Both the position numbers and the translations under genes were made by a program. This document shows, piece by piece, positions 10,146-19,962 of a stretch of DNA of 51,950 bases. A model generated the notes under the pieces. The model did not search any database. It was given only the letters and a program-made list of their open reading frames with translations, and was not told the origin of the DNA. The first letter of the stretch is position 1. Each line of letters starts with the position of its first letter. Origin of the DNA: Flavobacterium sp. (GTDB lineage: Bacteria; Bacteroidota; Bacteroidia; Flavobacteriales; Flavobacteriaceae); contig DAORUG010000002.1 in NCBI GenBank assembly GCA_035433125.1, forward strand, positions 1 through 51,950, given 5' to 3'.

Positions 10146-10211
10146 AATCAACCGCGGTTAAACAATGAATCGACCGCGGTAATATTACCAATCAACCGCG
10201 GCCAATTGTTT
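10146..10211. repeat. Three direct repeats with 22-bp period, core AATCRACCGCGG
   Basis: Copies start at 10146, 10168 and 10190. Confidence 0.85.
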
Positions 10212-10311
10212 AGCTGTGCCTTATGAAAATTTGATTTTGAAAAGGGGGAAATGTGATTAAAAACCGTGGGTAATTTTTCTATTTCGAGATTATCCCTATC
10301 AATAGGAATCT

Positions 10312-11421
10312 TTACAAACTCTCTACAATCAATCGGGCAGTTTTCTCACTAGCACCGATGCCTCCCAATTTTTCTTCTAATACCTCATATTTTTCCAGAA
10401 GGTTTTGGCGGTATTTGGTGTCCAAAATCTTCTTCAATTCTTCGCGAATGCGTTTTGTGTTGCAATTTTCTTGAATCAATTCGGTTACCACTTCCTCATC
10501 CATAATCAGGTTAACAAGCGAAATGTATTTTAGGGTAATGATGCGTTTGGCTATTTGGTAAGATATCGAACTCCCTTTATAACAAACCACTTCGGGCACT
10601 TTAAAAAGCGCTGTTTCAAGAGTTGCCGTTCCTGAAGTAACGAGTGCTGCTGTGGCATTGCTTAACAAATCATAGGTTTTGTTCGAAATAAATTTGATGT
10701 TTTCATTGGTGATAAAACCTTCATAAAAAGAAAATTCCTGACTTGGAGCACCAGCAATCACGAATTGATAATCCGGAAAATCATGGACCACACTCAGCAT
10801 TACCGATAGCATTTTGGTAATTTCCTGCTTACGACTTCCGGGTAAAATAGCAATAATAGGTTTGTCATTCAACTGATTTTCTTTTCTGAAAACTCCAGAA
10901 TCCATTACGGGATGATTGTGAATGGCATCAATCAAAGGATGTCCTACAAATTCAACGGGATAATGATGTTTCTTTTCATAGAAATCTTTCTCGAATGGGA
11001 GAATCACGTACATTTTATCTACATCGCGTTTGATTTCGGTAATTCTGCTTTCTTTCCAAGCCCAAATTTGAGGCGAAATATAATAATGTGTTTTAAAACC
11101 TTCTGTTTTTGCCCATTTGGCGATACGCAAATTAAAACCCGGATAATCAATAAAAACAATCACATCGGGTTGAAAATCACTAATGTCTTTTTTGCAAATT
11201 TTGATGTTATTCAAAATGGTTTTCAAATGAAACAAGACTTCTACAAAACCCATAAAAGCCAAATCACGGTAATGTTTGACCAAAACGCCGCCGACATTTT
11301 GCATCAAATCACCACCCCAAAACCGAATATCGGCAGAGGAATCTTCTTTGTACAATGCTTTCATCAAATTGGCTCCGTGTAAATCGCCCGAAGCTTCTCC
11401 TGCTATAATGTAGTATTTCAT
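10312..11421 (-). CDS. lpxB: Lipid-A-disaccharide synthase
   Basis: AGEASGDLHG, IDYPGFN, YYISPQIWAW, LPGSRKQE, SGTATLE motifs. Confidence 0.97.
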   Translation of the reverse strand: MKYYIIAGEASGDLHGANLMKALYKEDSSADIRFWGGDLMQNVGGVLVKHYRDLAFMGFVEVLFHLKTILNNIKICKKDISDFQPDVIVFIDYPGFNLRIAKWAKTEGFKTHYYISPQIWAWKESRITEIKRDVDKMYVILPFEKDFYEKKHHYPVEFVGHPLIDAIHNHPVMDSGVFRKENQLNDKPIIAILPGSRKQEITKMLSVMLSVVHDFPDYQFVIAGAPSQEFSFYEGFITNENIKFISNKTYDLLSNATAALVTSGTATLETALFKVPEVVCYKGSSISYQIAKRIITLKYISLVNLIMDEEVVTELIQENCNTKRIREELKKILDTKYRQNLLEKYEVLEEKLGGIGASEKTARLIVESL

Positions 11422-11425
11422 CTGT

Positions 11426-11509
11426 TTATTTATATTGATTTTTATGGGTCAGATGGAACTCGCCAAAAATCATTTCTTTGATGTTTAAAATTATAAGTGC
11501 TCTTTTCAT
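11426..11509 (-). other. 27-aa small ORF or gene remnant directly upstream of lpxB
   Basis: ATG 11509 to TAA 11426 reads MKRALIILNIKEMIFGEFHLTHKNQYK; A-rich context before ATG. Confidence 0.35.
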
Positions 11510-11521
11510 TTTTCTGGAAGT

Positions 11522-11794
11522 TTAGGCAAATATCGTAAAAATCGCAATGCAAATGACCGCCAAAACCACACCACGAGCCATAAATTCTTTATTTATTTTT
11601 AGCAAAATACCAAAAGCAACCAAATCAAGAATGGCTCCCAAAGTAATTAATTTGCCCAATTTCCCCTCTGATTTCATGCTTCGAATACCAGACATAAAAT
11701 CGAAATCCGTAAAAAAAGTGATGAAGAGAAAAATCCCTAAAACACAAGCTAAAATACCTATAAAAAAACCTATCAATATGTCTGTTTTATTCAT
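11522..11794 (-). CDS. Small membrane protein (about 3 TM), hypothetical
   Basis: 90-aa hydrophobic ORF overlapping the surE stop, same operon orientation as surE and lpxB. Confidence 0.8.
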   Translation of the reverse strand: MNKTDILIGFFIGILACVLGIFLFITFFTDFDFMSGIRSMKSEGKLGKLITLGAILDLVAFGILLKINKEFMARGVVLAVICIAIFTIFA

Positions 11795-12566
11795 TCCATT
11801 TCCAGGTGTTAAGTTGTTGTATAGCGTGATGGGCAGTCAAATCAAATTGTACCGGGACTACTGAAATATAGCCATTGGCAAGCGCCCATTCATCGGTGTC
11901 TTCGCCTTTATCTTCGTTGATAAATTCGCCAGTGAGCCAATAATAATCTCTGCCTTGAGGTGTTTTTCTCTTGTCGAATTTTTCTATCCAAAGTGCTTTT
12001 GCCTGACGACAAATTTTAATTCCCTTAATATCTTTTTCTTCTAATTTTGGAAAATTTACATTCAAAACTACACTTTCGGGCAGCCCTTTTTCTAATACTT
12101 CCAAAGTAATTGTCTTGATAAAGGATTTTATAGGTTCAAAATTGGCATTCCAACCATAATCTAAAAGAGAAAAACCTATAGCCGGAACACCTTCGATTCC
12201 TGCTTCGACAGCGGCACTCATTGTTCCAGAATAAATGACATTTATCGAGGAATTCGAACCGTGATTGATTCCTGAAACGCACAAATCTGGTTTTCTTTTT
12301 AGTATTTCATTCGTGGCTAATTTGACACAATCAACCGGAGTTCCAGAAGTACTGTATTCTTGAATGATATCATTATCTTTAGAAATTTTATTGATAAACA
12401 AAGTGTTGTTTATGGTAATTGAATGTCCTGTGGCACTCTGAGGACTGTCGGGAGCGACAACAACAACGGTTCCAATTTCGGACATAACGGAAATCAGCGC
12501 ACGAATTCCTGGTGCCGAAATGCCATCATCATTGGTAACTAAAATTAAAGGTTTGTCTTTTTTCAC
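11787..12566 (-). CDS. surE: 5'/3'-nucleotidase SurE
   Basis: ILVTNDDG, GTPVDCV, SGINHGSN, YSGT motifs; GTG start. Confidence 0.97.
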   Translation of the reverse strand: MKKDKPLILVTNDDGISAPGIRALISVMSEIGTVVVVAPDSPQSATGHSITINNTLFINKISKDNDIIQEYSTSGTPVDCVKLATNEILKRKPDLCVSGINHGSNSSINVIYSGTMSAAVEAGIEGVPAIGFSLLDYGWNANFEPIKSFIKTITLEVLEKGLPESVVLNVNFPKLEEKDIKGIKICRQAKALWIEKFDKRKTPQGRDYYWLTGEFINEDKGEDTDEWALANGYISVVPVQFDLTAHHAIQQLNTWKWNE

Positions 12567-12719
12567 GGTTGATTTTTTAATTTTTGTCTTTAATTTTGGA
12601 TGTTATGAAATAATTTTCTGTAAACAAAGAAACAAAATTAATCTAGTTAGAAGATTAAACCCGAAAAAATTATACAATTTTATATCTTTAACAAAAATTT
12701 ATAGGAGGTTATACTAATG

Positions 12720-12735
12720 TTGGCACAGTTTTTAC
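12720..12735 (+). promoter_or_regulatory. Possible sigma54 promoter upstream of the tail-specific protease
   Basis: TTGGCAC-AGTTT-TTAC: perfect -24 box, imperfect -12. Confidence 0.45.
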
Positions 12736-12759
12736 CGTAATTTGAATTTTAAATATTTT

Positions 12760-15024
12760 ATGGATACAATTATTAACTTTATGAAAAGAAATTATAAAAT
12801 CCTCATAGCCGTAGTGTTGCTTTCAGTGACATTATTTGCATTTAAGATTAATTCTGACAGAAGCGATGATCCTGAAAAGGATAAAATGCTATTGGAATTA
12901 TTGACATTTGTAATTGAAAAAGGGCACTATGATCCAGCTAAAATTGACGATACCTTTTCTAAAGGAATTTACAAGGATTATATTGAAGCTTTAGATCCAT
13001 CTAAACGATTTTTCTTGCAATCGGACATCGATGAGTTTTCGAAATATGAAACACTTCTCGACGATCAATTGTTGAACAAAGAGCTGACATTTTTTAACCT
13101 CACCTACAACCGTTTGATGAAAAGAATGTTGGAAGGAAAAGGGTTTTACAAAGATATTTTGAGCACACCTTTCGATTATTCTGTAGACGAGACATTCAAT
13201 ACAGATTATGAAAAAGCACCTTATGCTAAAAACGTATCGGAATTAAAGGAAAGATGGCGCAAACAAATCAAGTTGTCCACACTTTCATCATTGACAGATC
13301 GCTTGAAAATTCAGGAAAATAAAGAAAAAGGAATTGTTGACAAGGAGGACAAAACCACTTCGGAGGTTTTAAAACCCGGCGAATCTGTTGATGGCTTATC
13401 CAATACAGATAATGACAAATCCTCTAATGACAAACCAAAAACTTTCGAAGAACTAGAGAAAATCACTCGCGAAAGTTCGTTGAAATCATTGGACGAATAT
13501 TTTGGATTTATGGAAGATTTAACCAGAGACGAATGGTTTTCTGTTTATGTAAATTCTATAACTGCGAGATTCGATCCACATACTAATTATTTTCCACCAG
13601 AAGAAAAAGAGCGTTTTGATGTAAGTATTAGTGGAAAATTCGAAGGAATTGGAGCACGTCTTCAAAAGAAAAATGACTTTACCGAAATCACCGAACTTAT
13701 TTCCGGAGGTCCAGCTTGGAGAGGAAAACTGCTTGAAGCAGGCGATGTTATTATGAAAGTGGCTCAAGGAGACAAAGAACCCGTTGACATTGTTGGAATG
13801 CGTTTGGATGATGTTGTCAAAAAAATAAAAGGGACAAAAGGTTCTGAAGTTCGTTTGACTGTAAAAAAAGTGGATGGTTCCATTAAAACCATTTCTATTA
13901 TTAGAGATATTGTCGAAATTGAAGAAACTTATGCCAAATCGAGTGTTGTTGAAAGAAATGGATTAAAATATGGCGTGATTTATTTGCCTAAATTTTATAT
14001 CGATTTTGAAAACAAAGACGGTCGTGATGCCGGTAAAGATGTAGCCGCTGAAGTAGAATCTTTGAAAAAAGAAGGTGTCAACGGAATTGTATTAGACGTT
14101 CGTGATGATGGTGGAGGTTCGCTTTCGACCGTGGTAGACATTGCTGGTTTATTTATTGAACAAGGTCCAATAGTTCAGGTAAAATCGGCTGGAAGACAAA
14201 AAGAAGTTTTGTACGATAGAGATAAAAAAATCGAATGGGACGGCCCATTGGTTATTATGGTGAATAGTTTCTCGGCCTCGGCTTCTGAGATTTTGGCAGC
14301 AGCCATTCAGGATTACAAAAGAGGAATTATCATTGGTAGCAAACAAACTTATGGCAAAGGAACGGTTCAAAATGTAATCGATTTGAATCAGTTTGTGCGC
14401 AGCAGCGACAAAGGTGATTTGGGAGCATTGAAAACAACGACCCAAAAATTTTATAGAATAAATGGAGGTTCTACTCAGCTCGAAGGTGTAAGTAGCGATG
14501 TGGTTATGCCAGACCGTTACGCCTATTTGAAAATGGGAGAACGCGATGTAGATAACGCCATGCCTTGGGATAAAATAGATCCTGCACAATATACTGTTTG
14601 GACAAACAACGCGAAATTTAACAAAGCTATTGCGGATAGTAAAAACAGAATTGCTCAAAACCAACAGTTCAAATTGATTGAAGAAAATGCCAAATGGATT
14701 GATGAAAGAAGCAATGAAAATGATTACAGTTTAAAATTGGAGGAATTCAAAAAAAATCAGAAAGCCATTGAGGAAACCAATAAAAAATTCAAATCGATAG
14801 CAGATTATGACTATCATTTAAAGTTTGCGTCTTTGCCTCAGGAAGTTGAAGCGATGAAAACAGATGCTTCTCTTAAAGAAAAAAGAGAAAGATGGCACGA
14901 AAGTTTATCCAAAGATATTTATGTTGAAGAAGCCTTAAATGTTTTAGATGATTTGCAGTCAAAACCTGTCGTGAAAAAAAGCGTTCCGATGGCTATGAAG
15001 AAACAAAAAGTAGTTAAATCATAA
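12760..15024 (+). CDS. prc: Carboxy-terminal processing (tail-specific) protease, family S41
   Basis: DPHTNY, GIGARL PDZ entry, DVRDDGGGSL, SASASEI catalytic Ser, GKGTVQ catalytic Lys; start at ATG 12760 or 12781. Confidence 0.92.
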   Translation: MDTIINFMKRNYKILIAVVLLSVTLFAFKINSDRSDDPEKDKMLLELLTFVIEKGHYDPAKIDDTFSKGIYKDYIEALDPSKRFFLQSDIDEFSKYETLLDDQLLNKELTFFNLTYNRLMKRMLEGKGFYKDILSTPFDYSVDETFNTDYEKAPYAKNVSELKERWRKQIKLSTLSSLTDRLKIQENKEKGIVDKEDKTTSEVLKPGESVDGLSNTDNDKSSNDKPKTFEELEKITRESSLKSLDEYFGFMEDLTRDEWFSVYVNSITARFDPHTNYFPPEEKERFDVSISGKFEGIGARLQKKNDFTEITELISGGPAWRGKLLEAGDVIMKVAQGDKEPVDIVGMRLDDVVKKIKGTKGSEVRLTVKKVDGSIKTISIIRDIVEIEETYAKSSVVERNGLKYGVIYLPKFYIDFENKDGRDAGKDVAAEVESLKKEGVNGIVLDVRDDGGGSLSTVVDIAGLFIEQGPIVQVKSAGRQKEVLYDRDKKIEWDGPLVIMVNSFSASASEILAAAIQDYKRGIIIGSKQTYGKGTVQNVIDLNQFVRSSDKGDLGALKTTTQKFYRINGGSTQLEGVSSDVVMPDRYAYLKMGERDVDNAMPWDKIDPAQYTVWTNNAKFNKAIADSKNRIAQNQQFKLIEENAKWIDERSNENDYSLKLEEFKKNQKAIEETNKKFKSIADYDYHLKFASLPQEVEAMKTDASLKEKRERWHESLSKDIYVEEALNVLDDLQSKPVVKKSVPMAMKKQKVVKS

Positions 15025-15038
15025 CCTAATTACTTTTG

Positions 15039-15881
15039 ATGAATACAGTAATAAAGTCATTTGCTGATAAAACGCTCTGGAAATTTTTCTTGAATTTCCA
15101 GAGCGTTTTTGGTTTTGGAGTCCTTTTAATTTTGCTTTTGGGATTGTTTTCTGCCTTTGTTTTGTCTAAGGAGGAATCGAAGATAGTAAGTCAAAATCAC
15201 AAACAGTCTTTTGATTATTTGCCAACATCAACTACCAAGCAAATTATAAAACACGATTATTTTACCTTGTCCTATAACGAAAAGTATGAACAAGCAGAAT
15301 GGGTTGCTTATGAATTGAAAAAAAGTTATGTGCGAAGTAGCAATTTTGACCGCCCTTATTTTATTGAAGACCCAAAAGTAAAAACAGGCTCAGCCGATTG
15401 GCGAAATTATAAGAACTCGGGTTATGACAAAGGACATCTTTGTCCGGCTGGTGATATGGAATTTGCTATCAATGCGTATAATGATACTTTTTTTACTTCG
15501 AATATTTCGCCTCAAACACACGAATTTAATGGCGGAGTTTGGAACCGATTAGAACAAAAAGTACGCTATTGGGCTACTAAATATGATGGTGTTTATGTAA
15601 TTACAGCGGGAGTTTTGCAGCCTAATTTAAAAACCATTGGACAAGAGAAAGTATTGGTTCCCAATTATTTTTATAAAATTTTGTTGGATAATTCCAATGG
15701 ACAATACAAAATGATCGCTTTTTTGGTTCCAAATGCAAAAAGCAACAAGCCATTATATGAATTTGTAGTTTCTGTGGACAGCATCGAAAAAATGACAGGA
15801 ATTGATTTCTTTCCAAAACTAGATGATAAAACCGAAAATAGTTTAGAAAAAAATAGCGATTATAAGGCTTGGAGTTTTTAA
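15039..15881 (+). CDS. DNA/RNA non-specific endonuclease (NucA/EndA-like, betabetaalpha-Me)
   Basis: GYDKGHL active site, TFFTSNISPQ, FNGGVWNRLE; N-terminal hydrophobic anchor; start uncertain. Confidence 0.92.
   Translation: MNTVIKSFADKTLWKFFLNFQSVFGFGVLLILLLGLFSAFVLSKEESKIVSQNHKQSFDYLPTSTTKQIIKHDYFTLSYNEKYEQAEWVAYELKKSYVRSSNFDRPYFIEDPKVKTGSADWRNYKNSGYDKGHLCPAGDMEFAINAYNDTFFTSNISPQTHEFNGGVWNRLEQKVRYWATKYDGVYVITAGVLQPNLKTIGQEKVLVPNYFYKILLDNSNGQYKMIAFLVPNAKSNKPLYEFVVSVDSIEKMTGIDFFPKLDDKTENSLEKNSDYKAWSF
15069..15110 (+). terminator. Intrinsic terminator-like hairpin after prc, inside the 5' end of the nuclease ORF
   Basis: Perfect 17-bp stem AAAACGCTCTGGAAATT/AATTTCCAGAGCGTTTT, 7-nt loop. Confidence 0.7.
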
Positions 15882-15959
15882 ATAAACTCTACTTTCATTT
15901 ATTTTATTGGCATTCGGTTCTAGTTGCAGACGAGCACCAGTTAAATACATTACCTAAAT

Positions 15960-16532
15960 TCACCTCTGTTTATTAAAATATTTAAAAATTTCTTCATAAA
16001 TTATAATTTTTTCTTTGTCATTTGGGCTTAAATTTTGAAAAGGTGTGCTGTTTGCATCATACATAAAAATATTATTCCCTTTTTTAATCAAAATATTATA
16101 GTAGACGCAATCAAAACAATTATTACACTTTTGAAAATATGATTTTTCTTTAAAATCAGCAAATAAATGTTTGGTATCTTCATCTGGGATAACTTCTTTT
16201 TTTATTTCCTTTACGCCATTTTTAATATGTGTACAAGTCCAGAGATTGTTCATATTATCTTTATTGATTCTTTTAAAATCAAAATCATTACTTCCTTCTA
16301 ACACTGAATAAATAATAATTTCAATTTCGTTTGACGACTTAAAAAAATTATTTAATTCTACATTCCTTTCATCAGAAGCTGAATCAGAAAAGGAAAGTTC
16401 AAAATTGAGTTCTTGTAAACTACAGTAGCTTTTAATTTGTGGAGTGTTTTTATTAATTGAACACGACCATACGAACGGAAAAAAAATCAAATAAATTAGT
16501 GCTGAAAAATTATTTTTTCTTATGGTAATCAT
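15960..16532 (-). CDS. AT-rich orphan, probable lipoprotein
   Basis: 190 aa; VWSC lipobox-like motif; CNNCFDC motif near the C-terminus. Confidence 0.65.
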   Translation of the reverse strand: MITIRKNNFSALIYLIFFPFVWSCSINKNTPQIKSYCSLQELNFELSFSDSASDERNVELNNFFKSSNEIEIIIYSVLEGSNDFDFKRINKDNMNNLWTCTHIKNGVKEIKKEVIPDEDTKHLFADFKEKSYFQKCNNCFDCVYYNILIKKGNNIFMYDANSTPFQNLSPNDKEKIIIYEEIFKYFNKQR

Positions 16533-16641
16533 AGCTGGGTTTTATTGTTGGTAATGTCTCAAAATAAGCTTTTTATTTATGCGGTAAATGGACTTACTCT
16601 ATTTAACCCGATCGCTCGGACATGTAAAATAGTTCTTGTTA

Positions 16642-16764
16642 GGATAGCGCAGATTTGCAATCTGTGCCTACCCAGCTAGTCCGAGCATTAGTAAATTAAA
16701 GGCTAGTGCGAGCTTCAAGCTCGTACCCACAATCAAAAATGAACTTAATAATGCTCGGACAAGC
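16642..16764. repeat. Cluster of GC-rich REP-like hairpins downstream of rodA
   Basis: GCGCAGATTTGCAATCTGTGC hairpin; 23-bp inverted repeat (16675-16697 / 16742-16764, 20/23) enclosing GTGCGAGCTTCAAGCTCGTAC. Confidence 0.75.
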
Positions 16765-16783
16765 GAGTTTTTTTAAACAAACT

Positions 16784-18019
16784 CTACCACTCATTCACCT
16801 TATTGGCATCCATTTTTATAAAAATAAAGAGCAAAATGGTGAAGCCCCAAAGTCCAGAACCTCCATAAGAAAAGAAAGGTAATGGAACTCCAATGGTTGG
16901 AAAAACACCCAAAACCATGGCGATATTCACAAAGAAATGAATGAATAAAATAGCCGCAACACAATAGCCATACACTCGGCTAAATTTTGTTTTTTGTCTT
17001 TCGGCGAGGTAAATTATCCGAAGTAATAATCCAACAAAAAGACCAACGACTAGGAGCGAACCTACAAAACCCCATTCCTCGCCAACCGTTGTAAAGATAT
17101 AATCGGTGTGTTGCTCGGGTACAAAACCCCCTTTGGTTTGTGTGCCTTCAAGGAATCCTTTTCCAATCCAACCTCCCGAACCAATAGCAATTTCAGATTG
17201 ATTGGTATTGTATCCAATACCTTTCATATCGACCGCTTTTCCGAGTAAAATGTTAAATCGATCGCGGTGATGTTGCTTGAAAACGTTTGTAAAAACATAA
17301 TTTACAGACAGAACAAAACCGGAAATTAAGGCAAAAAGAATACTGCTCATCACGATGTTTCTATCACCCAACCTAGATTTAAAATGGATAAATACAATTA
17401 CTACCAAAGCCAAAAGGATTACATATTGGGGCTCTAAAACTAGCGTAAGTACAAATAATACTATGGCGCAAAATCCTGTCCACAAATACCAAGCAGGTAA
17501 ACCTTCGCGATACAACACAATTAAAAATATGGTGTAAATCAATGCGCTTCCTGGATCAGGTTGAGGTAAAATGAGCATTACGGGTAAAAACACGATGGCT
17601 AAGGCTTGAATTTGACGATTGACATCTTTTAAATTGATTTGTGAATCGCTTAAATATTTTGCCAATGCCAATGCTGTTGCAGCTTTGGCGAACTCTGAAG
17701 GTTGAAGTGTAAAACTTCCAATACCATACCAGCAGCGTTGTCCAGCGATGGTTTTACCAAAGGCAAATAAACCTAATAATGATAATAGTGCAATTCCATA
17801 AATGATACTCGCGTATTTTTCGTAGAATTTCCCATCAACATAAAGAACAATAAAAATTAATGGAATGGTAAATAGTATGAAAAAAAATTGCTTTTCGGCG
17901 GTTCCTTCCATTGAAGAAAGAGAGGAGGAATAAATGTTCAACCAACCCATTAGCACTAATACTATGTAAATAGCAATGCATACCCAGTCGATGTTGTTGG
18001 TCAAACTTTGGTTTTTCAT
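16784..18019 (-). CDS. rodA: SEDS peptidoglycan polymerase RodA
   Basis: QPSEFAK, QPDPGSA, IAIGSGG, PEQHTDYIF, LPFFSYGGS; last gene of the mre operon. Confidence 0.97.
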   Translation of the reverse strand: MKNQSLTNNIDWVCIAIYIVLVLMGWLNIYSSSLSSMEGTAEKQFFFILFTIPLIFIVLYVDGKFYEKYASIIYGIALLSLLGLFAFGKTIAGQRCWYGIGSFTLQPSEFAKAATALALAKYLSDSQINLKDVNRQIQALAIVFLPVMLILPQPDPGSALIYTIFLIVLYREGLPAWYLWTGFCAIVLFVLTLVLEPQYVILLALVVIVFIHFKSRLGDRNIVMSSILFALISGFVLSVNYVFTNVFKQHHRDRFNILLGKAVDMKGIGYNTNQSEIAIGSGGWIGKGFLEGTQTKGGFVPEQHTDYIFTTVGEEWGFVGSLLVVGLFVGLLLRIIYLAERQKTKFSRVYGYCVAAILFIHFFVNIAMVLGVFPTIGVPLPFFSYGGSGLWGFTILLFIFIKMDANKVNEW

Positions 18020-18025
18020 TTGGTA

Positions 18026-19962
18026 CTAATTAATTTTTTTAGTAGTGTCAATTTTTACTTTTGGAACTATTATTTTGCTTTTCGCTATAGAATCCTTTCT
18101 TCTCATTTCTTTTTTAACCACATCCGAAAGTCCGCCCAACTTGGCGTATCGGTCTTGCAAACTTCTTTCCAAAGTTCTTTTTTCTAAATCAGTTCTCGTA
18201 ATTTTTCCTCTAAGGTATTTCTCAATCATTAAACTGGCAATTGGTCCAGCTATTGTAGATCCAAAACCTCCGTTTTCGACTAAAATAGCAATCGCAATCT
18301 TTGGATTGTCTTTTGGCGCAAAGGCAACAAATATGGAGTGGTCTTCCAGCTGAGTTCTTTTGCCATTTATTTTTGCAAAATTCTCGGCGGTTCCAGTTTT
18401 TCCACAAATATCAATCCCTTCCACTCGCAAACCAGCGGCTGTACAAAATTATACACATCGAACAAACCTTGAATCATTGGCTTGAAATGGCTTTTGTCTA
18501 TGGTTGTAACGTGTTTGGTAGTGTATTTTTTATCGATTTTCTGACCTTCAATTTTCTTAATGATATGAGGCGTGTAATAATAGCCTTCATTAGCTACAGT
18601 CGCCATCATATTGGCCAATTGTATCGGTGTCAACAAAACTTCTCCTTGACCAATAGCATTGGATATAATAGTTTTTCCACTGTATCCCCAACCTGGATAT
18701 ATTTTTTTATAGGTTTTCGAATTGGGAATTTTTCCTTTTTTGCCAGTTGGCAAATCATATCCCATAAATTGTCCGAGACCAAAACTTTTTACATGCTCAC
18801 TCCAAACATCTACAGCATACGGGGTGTTATTGTATTTGCCTATAGTTTTCAAATAAACATTAGAAAAATAAGCATTACAGGATTTATAAACGCCAACATT
18901 AAGATCTCTTGAACCGCCACCACAATGGCATCTCTGGAATCGTCCTGGTGCGTAAGCGAATCCGTGGTTACACATAAATCTAGTATCAGTGGTAATTACA
19001 TTTTCCTGAAGACCTACGAGTCCAGTCAATATTTTAAAGGGGGAACCTGGAGGATATTCTGCCAATAATCCCCTGTCATAAAGTGGTTTTGCAATAGAAT
19101 CACGATACAACATGGTATAGTTTTTAGACCTTTGGCGTCCTACTAAAATTGCTGGATCATAATTTGGCGCTGTAACCAAAGCTAATATTTCGCCTGTTTT
19201 TGGCTCAATGGCAACAATTCCACCTCGTTTATTAATCATCAATTCTTCGCCATATTTTTGAAGTTCCATATCTATGGTAAGATTGATGTCTTCTCCCTGA
19301 ACGGCTATTGTATCGTATTTTCCTTCTTTGAAGGAACCAATTTCACGATTAAATTTGTCTTTTTGAATGTATTTTACGCCTTTAATTCCACGCAAAATCT
19401 CTTCATAACTTTCCTCAACCCCTTGTTTTCCTATTAAATCTCCACTATTGTAATAGGGGTTTTTCTCAATCAATTTATCGTTTACTTGTGTGATACCCCC
19501 AAAAACGTTGGCCCCAAAATTGACTTGGTAATCGCGCAGGGAACGTTTCTGAAAATAAAAACCTTCGAATTTTCGAATTTTTTCCTGAAATGCCGCAAAT
19601 TCACTTTTATTCAATTGCGCCAAAAATAAGGAAGGTAATCGTGGACTATATACTTTTGCTTTTTCTATTTTCTTAATAAATTCCTCTTTAGTAATAGCTA
19701 ATAATTGACAAAACTCTAAAGTATCTAAATTTTTTACATCTCTAGGAATAACCATAATATCATAAGATGGCTGGTTTGCTACCAATAATTTGCCATTCCT
19801 GTCATAAATATAACCTCTTTCGGGATAGTCATATTGTATTTTTATGGCATTATTATCCGACTTTAATTTGAAAGAATCATTGATGACCTGTAAATAGAAA
19901 AGGCGTAATACCAGTAAAGATGCAGCAATAATGATCATTGAAGGGAGCAACACTTTTCTCAT
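18026..19962 (-). pseudogene. mrdA: Penicillin-binding protein 2 with a 1-bp frameshift near 18444 (possibly a sequencing error)
   Basis: SxxK (GSPFK) and SxN (SCN) in ORF 18367-19962, KTGT in ORF 18026-18430; adding one G joins them as ...DVYNFGTAAGLRVEGIDICGKTGT. Confidence 0.92.

Noticed and set aside
10146-10211. Possible mini-CRISPR array
   Set aside because: Repeats of 13 bp and spacers of 9 bp are far too short, there are only three copies, and no cas genes are in the window
16600-16770. tRNA or known riboswitch in the GC-rich hairpin cluster
   Set aside because: No cloverleaf, T-loop GTTCRA or recognisable aptamer consensus; an Rfam/Infernal scan would be needed to exclude an ncRNA fully
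18026-18430. Separate 134-aa gene
   Set aside because: It is the C-terminal part of PBP2 containing the KTG motif
18420-18460. Programmed ribosomal frameshift in mrdA
   Set aside because: No X-XXY-YYZ slippery heptamer or stimulatory hairpin seen; a single missing G explains the break
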